Below are positions 1 through 10,087 of a stretch of DNA of 64,000 nt, one piece after another. The notes beneath the pieces are model-generated. The model was not told where the DNA came from and searched no databases. It saw only the letters and a list, made by a program, of their open reading frames with translations. The stretch's first letter is position 1; every line of letters begins with the position of its first letter. This stretch comes from a virus (lineage: Duplodnaviria; Caudoviricetes): positions 278,329 through 342,328 of the IMG/VR virus record IMGVR_UViG_3300028048_000040; one strand, 5' to 3'. The translations under genes and the position numbers were made by a program.

Positions 1-150
1 GTAACTGTTCTTATTGCTTCTACGCTACATGCAGATATTGTAAAGCGTGGTCAAATATGTTTATTTAAATCTGAAGGAAATTTATATGAAAAAGAAAGAA
101 TAATAGATTTATTCAAAGATAATATTAAAGCAAAGGAAGAAGATATCTAA
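1..150 (+). CDS. Partial hypothetical protein (3' end, start lies outside the window)
   Basis: Frame 1 is open from base 1 to TAA at 148-150 (VTVLIASTLHAD...KEEDI*), overlapping the next ATG. Confidence 0.6.
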   Translation, partial: VTVLIASTLHADIVKRGQICLFKSEGNLYEKERIIDLFKDNIKAKEEDI

Positions 151-422
151 TGGGTTATGGTGCTAAGAAGAAAAGATATATTGTATTGATTCATTCATAT
201 AGTTATGTAAATAAACGTACAGAATGTTTAAGGCTAGAATTATTTGATACAATAGAAGAGGCTAGAGAATTTAAAAAGAAAACTGAATCGGAACCTTGTA
301 TAACTAGGAATAGCAAATTGGACACATCGGTTAGTATATTAGAAATCAAATCAACCAATTCTGATACGGCATTAGAAAGGCTTAGAGAAGACTTTCCTAG
401 GTCAAATATTACGCTTGCATAA
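150..422 (+). CDS. Hypothetical protein
   Basis: 90-aa ORF translationally coupled to its neighbours. Confidence 0.6.
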   Translation: MGYGAKKKRYIVLIHSYSYVNKRTECLRLELFDTIEEAREFKKKTESEPCITRNSKLDTSVSILEIKSTNSDTALERLREDFPRSNITLA

Positions 423-624
423 TAAAGGAGGAAAAATAAAATTGCTTAGTTTGAAGACTTTGGAAAAATTGATGACTCATAATATCGAAGGTATGTATAT
501 CTTTGAATGGCATAATGGAGATATAGTAGATTATATCGACTTTTCAGACGAATACATCTCTAAGAAAATTGATATTGAGATGAGTACAGAAGTTGAGGTA
601 CAACAATGTTCTATTGCACAGTAA
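415..624 (+). CDS. Hypothetical protein (start probably near 442, after AAGGAGG)
   Basis: Short ORF in an overlapping run; strong SD at about 425-431. Confidence 0.55.
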   Translation: MHNKGGKIKLLSLKTLEKLMTHNIEGMYIFEWHNGDIVDYIDFSDEYISKKIDIEMSTEVEVQQCSIAQ

Positions 625-875
625 ATGTATCACAAGGCAAGATAAATCATATCTATACTATAGATAAATACTATGATGAATGTATTCACGTTGCCTATCT
701 GCTTCAGTTTAATTGGATGGCTGGTTTTAGAGTAAATGGTAAATATTATAAAAGGCAACCAGGATTACCTATGGTAATCGCTGTAGGTACTGATAATGAA
801 AGTGCGGTGAAAAATTTAGTATTTACTGGCAAATATATTGTTGTACAAGAGTACAAATATACAACTATTGTATGA
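606..875 (+). CDS. Hypothetical protein
   Basis: 89-aa ORF preceded by GAGG, overlapping both neighbours. Confidence 0.55.
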   Translation: MFYCTVNVSQGKINHIYTIDKYYDECIHVAYLLQFNWMAGFRVNGKYYKRQPGLPMVIAVGTDNESAVKNLVFTGKYIVVQEYKYTTIV

Positions 876-1558
876 TATATAAGGAGAAATGTAAAATGAA
901 GCACAAAATCTTATTGGCATCTAATTCTAAAGGAAAAATTAGAGAATATAAGGAGATGTTCTCTTCTATTCCTGATGTAGAATTAGTAACCATAAAAGAT
1001 GTATTTGGAGATAACCCTCCAGAAGAACCAGAAGAAGATGGAGCAACCTTTATGGACAATGCCCTCATTAAAGCAGCATATTATGCAGATAAGTCTGGTC
1101 TTCCTGCATTGGGAGATGACTCTGGTTTATGTGTAAAAGCACTGGATGATTTCCCCGGAGTATATTCTAAGAGATTCTGTGAGACTGAAGAAAATCCCAA
1201 TCCCACAGAAGAAGATCACAACATAGCTCTTATCAATATGCTCCATGATAAAGGAATGACAGAATCCATTGCAGAGTATCGTTGTTCCTTGGTATTATTC
1301 TTTCCTAAGACTGGTGCAATCTTTGGTACTCAAGGTATATGTAAAGGAAAATTCAAGGATAAGTATTCTGGAGAACATGGATTTGCATATGATAAGTATT
1401 TCTGGAGCAAAGATTATAATTATAATATGACTTTAGCTGATTTGGCTCCAGAGGATAAAGATCATATATCTCATAGAGGTAAAGCATTGCAAGAGATGGT
1501 AAAAGGATTGAATACAATCTTACCATTAGCTGATAATGGAGAACTGAATTTATTCTAA
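872..1558 (+). CDS. rdgB: Non-canonical purine NTP pyrophosphatase (HAM1/RdgB, ITPase family)
   Basis: Motifs LASNSKGK, EDGATFMDNALIKA, DDSGL, PGVYSKRF and SHRGKAL; probable start near 896 after AAGGAG. Confidence 0.93.
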   Translation: MIYKEKCKMKHKILLASNSKGKIREYKEMFSSIPDVELVTIKDVFGDNPPEEPEEDGATFMDNALIKAAYYADKSGLPALGDDSGLCVKALDDFPGVYSKRFCETEENPNPTEEDHNIALINMLHDKGMTESIAEYRCSLVLFFPKTGAIFGTQGICKGKFKDKYSGEHGFAYDKYFWSKDYNYNMTLADLAPEDKDHISHRGKALQEMVKGLNTILPLADNGELNLF

Positions 1559-1623
1559 GGTGACGATCAATTCTAACATATTCTCCCACAATCTTATAAA
1601 TAAATAAGAGGAGGGAGAGTAAT

Positions 1624-2622
1624 GTGATAGAATGTAGAGATCCAGCTAGTCTTACTAAACCAGATGAGAAATATCTTATTGTTGCTACTCATAGTGGCAA
1701 GTTTCATGCAGATGATGTTATGTGTTTAGCTTTAGTATCTCTATTTAGTTCTAAGCCTGTAGTGCTTATAAGAACAAGAGATGAAAATGTATTTTCAAAA
1801 TGTCATATGGTATTAGATGTAGGAAACAAAGATTTCTATGGGAAACACCATTTAAGATTAGATCATCATCAGACTTTAGAAGACTATATAGTCAATGGAA
1901 AAGTAAAATCTGGTACTAAAGATAAGTTATACTACAAGAATGGCTTAAAGAAAGCTACTTGTGGTAAACTTGCAGATTGGATGTTCTTAGGAATATCCAA
2001 TTCTTTTTTGGATTTCCTTAGATCTAAAGTATTATACTGTTTAGAAGCAAAAGATAATGGAGTATCTATTATTGGTAAAATAAATAGAGATATTAATGGA
2101 AATCCATATCCATTAGGATTTGTTTCTCTTATGAATCCATCTTCTCAAGAATGTAAAATGTATGGAACAAGTATAGCTACTAGAGCATGTTTCATAAAAG
2201 CAGAAGAAATGACTAAGAAAATTCTTATTAGAATAATAGAAGAGTTTGAAGCTAGAGAAAATAACAATAAGATTCTAGATGAGATGATTAAGGAAGTATC
2301 TTCACAAAAAGTAAGATATTTTATTAATGAAGGCGTACCAATGTCTAATCTAGAAGAATATATAGTATCTTGGAACAATTCTGTATCTAATAAGAAAAGA
2401 ATAATCTCTTTAATGCAAAGAGCATTTGGAGAAGATGATTTATGGGTAGTAAAAACTATAGCAGGATATAGCATTCCTCTTGATTGGAGAAACAAAGATA
2501 AACTTTATCTTCAGAAGCAATCTGGATATACTAGTATACAAAAAGTTATTTGTAATCTAGCTGTATTTTCAGATAAGACTGAAGCAGAAGATTTTGTTAA
2601 AAAACTAGCCAATAAGAAATAA
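1624..2622 (+). CDS. MYG1-family (DHH-like) hydrolase/exonuclease
   Basis: N-terminal THSGKFHADDV, RTRD, VLDVG and DHHQ motifs. Confidence 0.85.
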   Translation: MIECRDPASLTKPDEKYLIVATHSGKFHADDVMCLALVSLFSSKPVVLIRTRDENVFSKCHMVLDVGNKDFYGKHHLRLDHHQTLEDYIVNGKVKSGTKDKLYYKNGLKKATCGKLADWMFLGISNSFLDFLRSKVLYCLEAKDNGVSIIGKINRDINGNPYPLGFVSLMNPSSQECKMYGTSIATRACFIKAEEMTKKILIRIIEEFEARENNNKILDEMIKEVSSQKVRYFINEGVPMSNLEEYIVSWNNSVSNKKRIISLMQRAFGEDDLWVVKTIAGYSIPLDWRNKDKLYLQKQSGYTSIQKVICNLAVFSDKTEAEDFVKKLANKK

Positions 2623-2656
2623 AGAACAGTAGGCTTTTGCCTACTGTTCTATTTTT
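2623..2656 (+). terminator. Intrinsic terminator
   Basis: AGAACAGTAGGC-TTTT-GCCTACTGTTCT followed by a T-run. Confidence 0.8.
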
Positions 2657-3620
2657 GCCGTTTCACATCAGAATAATGGGAGGTATATATATGTTTAAAA
2701 TAGATACTCTTATAGAATCTAATACTGAAGTTAAAATAGATAAAGATATACCAATAAGACTAGAAAAGTCTTATTATGAGATGCAAAAAGAAAATCATAA
2801 GAAATATATAGAATTACAAAAAGAAAACCTAAGAGGATTTGCTAAAGTCCAATACCAACATAAGATGATGGTTAAAGTATTGATGGGTAAAAAGATATCT
2901 GATCTAGGAAGACAGATATGGACTAATAAAGCTGGTCAATGGGTGTTAGAAGAGATAATCAAAAATAATACTAATGTAGAAGATCAATTAGCTGTTATAA
3001 AGAGATTTTGGAAAAAAGATAACTCTCATTCATTATTAGGATATAAAGTAAAGATACAAGATTGTTTTATTCCTAGATTAGAGATACCATCAATGAGTTA
3101 TGAAATGCTTAAGAACTCATATGACCTTAGTGATGAACTTACATGGCAAAATGGAATAACTCCTCGATTAGGTATGTTTATTAGACTATTTCCAGATTGG
3201 ATGAAAGGTAAACCTGGAGCATTAGAAAGAGAATTGAGCAGATTCCAAAGTCCTATACCCAGTGTTAGATATAAAAGACATGGGTATAGTATACCAGAAA
3301 TGATAGACTATGTTACTGCTATAAATAAAGAGTATAAAGATAAGCTAGATAAATATAGAGAAGATTATCATAACTTAATGAAAGATATAGAAATGTATGA
3401 ATCTCAATTTGAACAATTTACTCTTACTTATAATGCTGAAGAGATAATACAAATATATATGCATGATAGAGAAGTATTATGTAATTCTCTTGTATTTGCG
3501 TATAAAGAGTTATGTAAGAAAGCATATGAATCTCATGTTAAGATAGCAGAAGCAGTAAATGAGGTATACCAAAAGATAGTAAATAATAGTGCCATATCTA
3601 AGAATGATTGGGAGGATTAA
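2637..3620 (+). CDS. Hypothetical protein, probably virion-associated (start probably 2691)
   Basis: 327-aa ORF; GGAGG before ATG 2691; late-type promoter at 2664. Confidence 0.6.
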   Translation: MPTVLFLPFHIRIMGGIYMFKIDTLIESNTEVKIDKDIPIRLEKSYYEMQKENHKKYIELQKENLRGFAKVQYQHKMMVKVLMGKKISDLGRQIWTNKAGQWVLEEIIKNNTNVEDQLAVIKRFWKKDNSHSLLGYKVKIQDCFIPRLEIPSMSYEMLKNSYDLSDELTWQNGITPRLGMFIRLFPDWMKGKPGALERELSRFQSPIPSVRYKRHGYSIPEMIDYVTAINKEYKDKLDKYREDYHNLMKDIEMYESQFEQFTLTYNAEEIIQIYMHDREVLCNSLVFAYKELCKKAYESHVKIAEAVNEVYQKIVNNSAISKNDWED

Positions 3621-3882
3621 TATGTACTTTACTACCATAAATGAAGATAAACTAGTTGCTAAAGAGAGAAACTCATTAGATGATTCTACATTTGGTATTC
3701 CTTCTCAAAGAAGATATCCATTAAATGATAAATCTCACGTACTAGCAGCAATAAGAATGTTTAACCATGTGGATTCTGCTCATGAAGCAGAATTAGCAAG
3801 AAATATAAAAAAGAAAATGAAAGAATATGGAATCTCTCCGGATCAAGTAGGTGAGAATAATAGATTAAAGAAATATATTTGA
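3589..3882 (+). CDS. DUF6582-like small phage protein
   Basis: RNSLDDSTFGIPSQRRYPLNDKSHVLAAIRMF pattern; start probably 3622. Confidence 0.65.
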   Translation: MPYLRMIGRINMYFTTINEDKLVAKERNSLDDSTFGIPSQRRYPLNDKSHVLAAIRMFNHVDSAHEAELARNIKKKMKEYGISPDQVGENNRLKKYI

Positions 3883-3891
3883 GGTGAGAAT

Positions 3892-4356
3892 ATGGGTTAT
3901 CTGAGTTTTAATGAAGGGTTATTTGATTCTATAGGAAAATTTATGGATAAAAGAAAATCAGAATCAGAAAAAATGGAAATAAGAAAAGCTATTAATTATA
4001 ATGCTTATCCTCCAGCATTTTGTGTTGTACCAGAAAATGCAACACATGTTGAATTTTTCTTATGTGATTTTAAACATGCATTGAATGACTATTTTATTAT
4101 CAACCATTCTAAAGAGATAAAAAAACATCAGCCTCAACCAAAAGTATCGGATAAATTAAAAATTGATAAGGACGATTGGGAGAAAATAAAACATCAACGA
4201 GTAAAAATATTCATAGCTAGTTTACATAAAAAGTTTCCAAAAAATACAATGATTCCTGCAGATCTTATCATTGATACATATCATATGCATGTTAGACAAG
4301 AAGGCCCATATTCTATTGAAGAGCTTGCTAATGCTATGAATATAAAATATCTATAA
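3892..4356 (+). CDS. Hypothetical protein, possible head-internal protein
   Basis: N-terminal FNE/GLFDSI resembles protease-cleaved propeptides of jumbo-phage head proteins. Confidence 0.55.
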   Translation: MGYLSFNEGLFDSIGKFMDKRKSESEKMEIRKAINYNAYPPAFCVVPENATHVEFFLCDFKHALNDYFIINHSKEIKKHQPQPKVSDKLKIDKDDWEKIKHQRVKIFIASLHKKFPKNTMIPADLIIDTYHMHVRQEGPYSIEELANAMNIKYL

Positions 4357-4373
4357 GGAGTGAAAATCACCAT

Positions 4374-5354
4374 ATGAGCTATTTAAAAACAGATACCAGT
4401 GTAGATGATAAGCTATTCACTGATTTTTTGGATATTGCAGGAAAAGAGTTTCAGAATTCTCCTTGGGTGCCTAAATCTGACGACGTAAGGGTTAAAAATT
4501 TTGGCATATTTAATCCAGAGAAAGTAAAACATGATGAAAATGGTTATCCAGTATTTACACCAGTGCAAATAGAATTTTTCGAATGTTGGTTAACTGGATA
4601 TTTGTATGGTCATCTATTAGGATTATTAAATACTGGTTTAATGATTGCTTTTGATAGATTTTCTATAGGAAAGATACAGCAAAGTTTACATAATAAAGAG
4701 CTTATAGAATATATGGATAAGCAAGTAGAAGAAGTATATCAAAAGCACCCCAACTATAGAAGATGTACTAGAAAAGAATTTAACAAGTCTAGTCTATTTA
4801 ACTATTTCATGTCTGAATTTAGAGATAAGAAAGCTAAGGATATAGCTAAACAAGTAGGAAAAGAGTTTATAGATAAAGCTATAGAATATAATCTTATACC
4901 ATTCATTCTAGATAAGACTTTTACTAAATTAGATATAGGAAGAGTATATGGTCCTATAAATCCATATACTAAACAAAGAATAGTTGGCAATATGGTTAAT
5001 AAAGGAACTATAAAGTCTTTGAAATATCTATTCTCTAGACCTTTAAAGATATTAGCTAGTAGACATGGATTGAGTATGATGCTAGGATCAGTTTATGAAC
5101 AAGCTATAATGTATAATGGAACTATTGTATTTATAGGTCTTGAATGGAGTCCTACTGGATTTAGATTTGTAAATATGAGAGTATTGTCAGTAAAAGAAAA
5201 TGGTAAACTAGTACAAACTTCTATTAAGAATCCCCCTCCAAATTTATTTAAACCATCTAAAGAATCATGGGCAACTATTATAAAAAGAGTTGCTAGAATA
5301 CCAAAAAAACAAATACAAAAGGAGATGGATAAAGTTGGACGTGGACAAAACTAA
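4374..5354 (+). CDS. Hypothetical protein
   Basis: 326-aa ORF with AAGGAG SD. Confidence 0.7.
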   Translation: MSYLKTDTSVDDKLFTDFLDIAGKEFQNSPWVPKSDDVRVKNFGIFNPEKVKHDENGYPVFTPVQIEFFECWLTGYLYGHLLGLLNTGLMIAFDRFSIGKIQQSLHNKELIEYMDKQVEEVYQKHPNYRRCTRKEFNKSSLFNYFMSEFRDKKAKDIAKQVGKEFIDKAIEYNLIPFILDKTFTKLDIGRVYGPINPYTKQRIVGNMVNKGTIKSLKYLFSRPLKILASRHGLSMMLGSVYEQAIMYNGTIVFIGLEWSPTGFRFVNMRVLSVKENGKLVQTSIKNPPPNLFKPSKESWATIIKRVARIPKKQIQKEMDKVGRGQN

Positions 5355-6612
5355 TTTAGAATATGATCCTATTATAGATGGGATAATTCAAGAAGCTATG
5401 ATAGATATAGCAATGCAAAATGAGGAGTTTAAACAATGGCTTATAGAGAATGGATATGTTACTTTATCTGAGGAAACTCAAAGCCAAGGATATCTTAAAT
5501 GGAAACAAGCTACTGCTACTGGTATGAAAGCTACACTAGATAAATTCTTAGCTTATTCTAATAAGCAAATTAATAAGAATAGAGCTTTCTTAGAGCAGAA
5601 TAAAGAGATGATATTAAACTCTAAAAAGTATCCAGTAAAAGGATCTACTGTAATACAGAATGCTCCACTTTATGATCAAGCTATACAGAGAATTTCCCGT
5701 CCTGTATCTAATGGATTAATAGGTATTAATCTGGAAAAAGTAGAAGTATCTGGACAACAAGAGAATCAAGTATCTATGGGAGAAGCTCAAGTACAGCAAC
5801 AGCCACAACAAGCTCAAGGAGGAACTGTATCTCAAGCTACTGCTAATAGTCAACAGACTACTACAGAAGGAGAGAATTTATGGCTAAAGAAAATGCTAGT
5901 CCCTGGATATAATGGTAAAGTTAGTTTTACTGAAGGAGCTAAAGCATATTTCTATGGATCTGATAGCAGAACTAATATGAATATAAAGATGGTACAACAG
6001 TTACTTCCCAAAGCATATCAGTACTGCTATAATTATAATAGAAATGCCCATTCTACTCAGACTGATTTGAATGGGATTATATCTTTTATAAATAAAGATC
6101 CATTAACTAATCAACAACAGACTCAAGCTGCTACAGCACAACAAGCTCAACAGGCAGGTCAGACTAATGGTATGGCATCTACTAATCCTACTGCCAATAC
6201 TGCAGTAAATGCATCAGTAGAAGCTGAATATTTCTTTAATAGATATGGGTTACAAGAAGTAGATCAAGCAACAGTATCTACTGTAAATAGACCTATAGCT
6301 CCAGCTAGATCTGTTAATACAGCTCAACAATCTAATCAAACCAAACAATCTTATACTCAGAATAGAGTAGATACTACTACTAACCAACAAGATCAAAATA
6401 ATCAACAGTCTGAAGATGATAAAGCTAAGAAGAATGAAAAAGCTAAAGAGAAACAAGCTAAATCTCAAGCACAATTATTAGCTAAAAAGAAACAAGCTGC
6501 TGTAGAACTAGTAAGAGATGCATTTAATGCTAAACTTACTGCTATGGGATTAGTATATAGAGACTTTATAAAGATAATGAATAATCATGTAATGTCATAT
6601 AGACAGAAATAA
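5290..6612 (+). CDS. Gln-rich putative virion protein
   Basis: 440-aa ORF with Q/T/N-rich linkers; followed by a hairpin terminator. Confidence 0.65.
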   Translation: MLEYQKNKYKRRWIKLDVDKTNLEYDPIIDGIIQEAMIDIAMQNEEFKQWLIENGYVTLSEETQSQGYLKWKQATATGMKATLDKFLAYSNKQINKNRAFLEQNKEMILNSKKYPVKGSTVIQNAPLYDQAIQRISRPVSNGLIGINLEKVEVSGQQENQVSMGEAQVQQQPQQAQGGTVSQATANSQQTTTEGENLWLKKMLVPGYNGKVSFTEGAKAYFYGSDSRTNMNIKMVQQLLPKAYQYCYNYNRNAHSTQTDLNGIISFINKDPLTNQQQTQAATAQQAQQAGQTNGMASTNPTANTAVNASVEAEYFFNRYGLQEVDQATVSTVNRPIAPARSVNTAQQSNQTKQSYTQNRVDTTTNQQDQNNQQSEDDKAKKNEKAKEKQAKSQAQLLAKKKQAAVELVRDAFNAKLTAMGLVYRDFIKIMNNHVMSYRQK

Positions 6613-6640
6613 TTGTCAAGACCTATATGGTCTTGACAAT
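6612..6640 (+). terminator. Intrinsic terminator
   Basis: 12-bp perfect stem directly after a stop codon. Confidence 0.75.
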
Positions 6641-6656
6641 CTTCTTTTATATATCT

Positions 6657-6672
6657 ATATATTATATAGGTG
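6657..6672 (+). promoter_or_regulatory. Early-type phage promoter ATATAYYAT-N5-TG (representative of 15 copies)
   Basis: Plus-strand copies at 6657, 25672, 25751, 25819, 32382, 37143, 37317, 41924, 56093; minus-strand 9-mers at 17601, 21731, 22048, 22197, 47483, 53699. Confidence 0.8.
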
Positions 6673-6692
6673 AATGAAAGGAGAGATGTAAA

Positions 6693-6914
6693 ATGACACC
6701 GTTATTAGATCTTTTGTTTGAATGTGTTTTGGATCCAAAACACAAAGTAGACGTTGTGAAAAAGGAGATCAAAGATGATCTCACTTACGCAAAAACAGGA
6801 TTGGATGTAGTTACAGGAAAGGAAAAATATCTTATGACCGCTTATATGAAAGCGGATCAAAAAGTATCAGCTGAGGTGGATAAAGCCTTCAGCTGGAGTG
6901 AAAAATTGTGGTAA
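6693..6914 (+). CDS. Early hypothetical protein
   Basis: Follows early-type promoter at 6657 and AAGGAG. Confidence 0.65.
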   Translation: MTPLLDLLFECVLDPKHKVDVVKKEIKDDLTYAKTGLDVVTGKEKYLMTAYMKADQKVSAEVDKAFSWSEKLW

Positions 6915-7164
6915 AGGAGTGACAATCATGGCAACTAGATTTATAGATATTAATGCAGGTTTAAATGAGATTGAGATTATCCATTCTAATACTGATGATA
7001 TTGATGAAAGATTGTTATATGAGACAATTCAAGAAGTGAAAACTTCTAGAGATGTTATGATAGAAGCAGGAATATCTGATTCTGAATTCGACTCTGATTT
7101 GCGTAAAGCAATAAACCTTTACATGGAGTATTATGAAAAACATGGTTTCATATACAAAATGTAA
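6898..7164 (+). CDS. Early hypothetical acidic protein (start probably 6928)
   Basis: AAGGAG before ATG 6928; followed by a terminator hairpin with T-run. Confidence 0.65.
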   Translation: MKNCGKGVTIMATRFIDINAGLNEIEIIHSNTDDIDERLLYETIQEVKTSRDVMIEAGISDSEFDSDLRKAINLYMEYYEKHGFIYKM

Positions 7165-7235
7165 AGGTTTATCTGACAGGCTTTGCCTGTCTTTTTTTGT
7201 TGAAAACAAATCAATAAGAATAGGAGGAGATATTA

Positions 7236-10046
7236 ATGCCAAGAACTTATGCTTGTTGTTATTGTAACCAGAAATTTAACAGAGGGAAACTTCCCAAACA
7301 TATGGAATCCCATGAGTCAGAGATTCCAGAAAATTTAACACCATATCAAGTTGCTTATGATATTATAAATGACCATCCAGATCATCATGGAAGGTGCACT
7401 ATATGTGGAAAAATCACAAATTGGTCTACCAAGAATCAAAAATACCACAGGATTTGCCGAGACAAACGCTGTGCCGAAGCTATAAAGAAAACTTACCAAG
7501 AACGTATGATAAAGGTCTATAATAAACCTCATCTGATGGATGATGTAAATCATTTAGAAAAGATGTTAGCCAGTAGAAAAATATCTGGTAAGTATAAATG
7601 GTCTGATGGTACTGAATTTACATATACTGGATCTTATGAAAAGAACTTCTTAGAATTCTTAGATAAAGTAATGAATTATGAATCTAGAGAAATTATATCT
7701 CCTGGTCCTGTATTGGAATATGATTATAAAGGAAAGAAGCATAAATGGATCACTGATGTAATGATTCTTCCATATAATCTTATAGTAGAAATTAAAGATG
7801 GTGGGGATAATAAGAATGGTAATAAAGCATGGAAAGGTACTAGAGAGAAAACCATTGCTAAAGAAGTAATGATTACTAATCTAGGAAAGTATAATTATAT
7901 TAGATTAACTAATAATGACTTTGCTCAATTCTTAGGTATTATTGCAGAACTAAAAATGCAAATAGTAGATGATACTGTATCTCCATTATATAGAATACAT
8001 GAGAGTACTAATTTATTTTTAGATTCTAAAGAAGATAGAGAAAAGCTATTAGACTTTACTCAAAATGAAATTAGAGAACTTCCTAGAGAAAAAGATACAA
8101 AATTTATTTGGCCAGATCAATTAATGCAATCTAAAAGAGGAAATTGTGTAGATGTTGCATTATTATGGTATGACTATTGTAAAAAGAGAAATAGAGAGGC
8201 TTGTTTGATAAGAATAGGATATTCATATAAGCATTCTAACAGTAACAATACATCTTTAAGTCATCAATTTCATGTAATGTGTATGTATAAAGAAGATGGT
8301 GGAAATTGGTGTATTGTGAATAATGTTGGTCCAAATAAACTTAGTAAAGAATTATTTATTGGTAATAAGAGTAAAGAATCTACTATATCTCTATTTGCCA
8401 AAGAATTTTTACCATGTTTAAAAGGATATATAGAATCTATCTATCCAGATGCTATAATGGTAGAACCTATTACACAAATAGCTCCAGATGATAAAATGGA
8501 TAAGTTCTATTCTACATATTTCAATAAATATAATGGAAACAAACAACTCTTTATGAAAAATATATTTACTGAAGATACTAGTTTAGATGAAGGATTTATT
8601 AAAGATACTGTTATATCAACGATAAATGGAATAAGAAAAATTGGCAATAGTATAGAAAGATTAAATAAAAAACAACAACAGATACCAGATCATAGTAATC
8701 AAAATATTCATAAAGTAAGAATAAATGAAAAAGCCATTCAAGTAAAAAATACTATTCTTCAAATGAAACCTTCTGATGGATTTGATTTTGAAGAATGTAT
8801 GTCTTTATCTAAAGTTATAGATTCTATTTCAGAAGAAAAACTAATTAAATATTTATATAAATATGGGGGTTATACATTAAAAGAATTATTAGATGATTAT
8901 AATGAAACTTGTGATATACCAATTAAGAATTTTTTTAAAGGTAAAAAAGTAACCAAAACCATAGGAAATGAAGGAGAATATGATTTATATTTCTATTGTT
9001 ATGATACCAAAAAATGGTATCAATATCATCATGAAGATGAACCTTTAATATCTATTAATAAAGGTATGGACTATAGCACTATGAAGCAAGAATTTAAAAA
9101 ATCATATTCATCAGATTCTTTAGAAGAAGATTCTCTTCCAGAAGCTATAGATAATTCATATACTATATTAGAAGAAAATGACTTAGATAAAGAATTAGAA
9201 TATCTTCATGAAGGATTTTTAGATACTATTAAAGGATTAACCCCATCTACACAAAGAGCAATAGAGAATATCAAAGCTCCTCTAAAAGCAATGGTTACTG
9301 GAGAACATAATGGCAAAAAATTGGATAATGTCACAAGATTTATAGGAGCTTCTGCAGATGCATTGACTTCAGCAGTGATATATCTTCCAGCAGGAGTATT
9401 ATTAGATGCACTTCTACTTATCACCATAGGATGGTTAAAATTTTTAACTAGAAATGAAAAAGAGATTAAGCCAGAAGATTTACCAAAGATAAAACAGCAA
9501 ATTCTAAAAATACAATCATCTATGCAAAAATGTAAAACAACATCAAATCATAAAAGGTATAATGACCTATATTGGAAATTAGAATTTCTAAAAGGAAAAT
9601 ACAATGCTTGTGCTAAGGCTAATGGAATTAAACCTCTACCTGTTAAAGGACCTATTAAAGAAGATTCTCTTCCAGAAGCTATAGATAATCCATATATGCT
9701 AAGAGAAGCACAAGAGTGGGAGCATCTAACTCATATGTGGAGTAATGCTATAGATGATATAATTGGTAATGTGACTAATTCTCCATTTGAGGTAGCTAAA
9801 GGTTCTTATATAGACCATGATCCTGAAACAGGAAAAGAAGTCTGTGTTATGAGAACTATTAGACCTAAGGCAGAATTAAAGAATAGAGAATATAGAGATA
9901 GATTAAAGAAACAGATGTATCATCTACAGCAGAAGATAAATAAAGCTTATAATGTACATCCATCTGTGATGTTTATTCAGTATCCTATAGATAATACTAA
10001 TCTTACAGAAGGGCTAATTATAGGTATAACTAAAACATCAAGATAA
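7236..10046 (+). CDS. Multidomain (polyvalent) protein: Zn fingers, TnsA-like PD-(D/E)xK nuclease, transglutaminase/papain-like domain, further modules
   Basis: CCYC..H..H and CTIC..C..C; TDVMILPYNLIVEIKDGG; WPDQL..KRGNCVD with a downstream His; repeated EDSLPEAIDN linker. Confidence 0.7.
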   Translation: MPRTYACCYCNQKFNRGKLPKHMESHESEIPENLTPYQVAYDIINDHPDHHGRCTICGKITNWSTKNQKYHRICRDKRCAEAIKKTYQERMIKVYNKPHLMDDVNHLEKMLASRKISGKYKWSDGTEFTYTGSYEKNFLEFLDKVMNYESREIISPGPVLEYDYKGKKHKWITDVMILPYNLIVEIKDGGDNKNGNKAWKGTREKTIAKEVMITNLGKYNYIRLTNNDFAQFLGIIAELKMQIVDDTVSPLYRIHESTNLFLDSKEDREKLLDFTQNEIRELPREKDTKFIWPDQLMQSKRGNCVDVALLWYDYCKKRNREACLIRIGYSYKHSNSNNTSLSHQFHVMCMYKEDGGNWCIVNNVGPNKLSKELFIGNKSKESTISLFAKEFLPCLKGYIESIYPDAIMVEPITQIAPDDKMDKFYSTYFNKYNGNKQLFMKNIFTEDTSLDEGFIKDTVISTINGIRKIGNSIERLNKKQQQIPDHSNQNIHKVRINEKAIQVKNTILQMKPSDGFDFEECMSLSKVIDSISEEKLIKYLYKYGGYTLKELLDDYNETCDIPIKNFFKGKKVTKTIGNEGEYDLYFYCYDTKKWYQYHHEDEPLISINKGMDYSTMKQEFKKSYSSDSLEEDSLPEAIDNSYTILEENDLDKELEYLHEGFLDTIKGLTPSTQRAIENIKAPLKAMVTGEHNGKKLDNVTRFIGASADALTSAVIYLPAGVLLDALLLITIGWLKFLTRNEKEIKPEDLPKIKQQILKIQSSMQKCKTTSNHKRYNDLYWKLEFLKGKYNACAKANGIKPLPVKGPIKEDSLPEAIDNPYMLREAQEWEHLTHMWSNAIDDIIGNVTNSPFEVAKGSYIDHDPETGKEVCVMRTIRPKAELKNREYRDRLKKQMYHLQQKINKAYNVHPSVMFIQYPIDNTNLTEGLIIGITKTSR
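9124..9689 (+). repeat. 32-bp exact direct repeat (9124-9155 and 9658-9689) flanking an in-frame 178-codon module
   Basis: AAGAAGATTCTCTTCCAGAAGCTATAGATAAT occurs twice, 534 bp apart. Confidence 0.9.
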
Positions 10047-10087
10047 TGAATTGAATATAAACTTTACTGTGAAAGGTGAGATAATAA

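Noticed and set aside
7236-8000. TnsA-like nuclease as part of a Tn7 transposon
   Set aside because: No tnsB/tnsC or terminal repeats; the domain is fused in a late phage protein.
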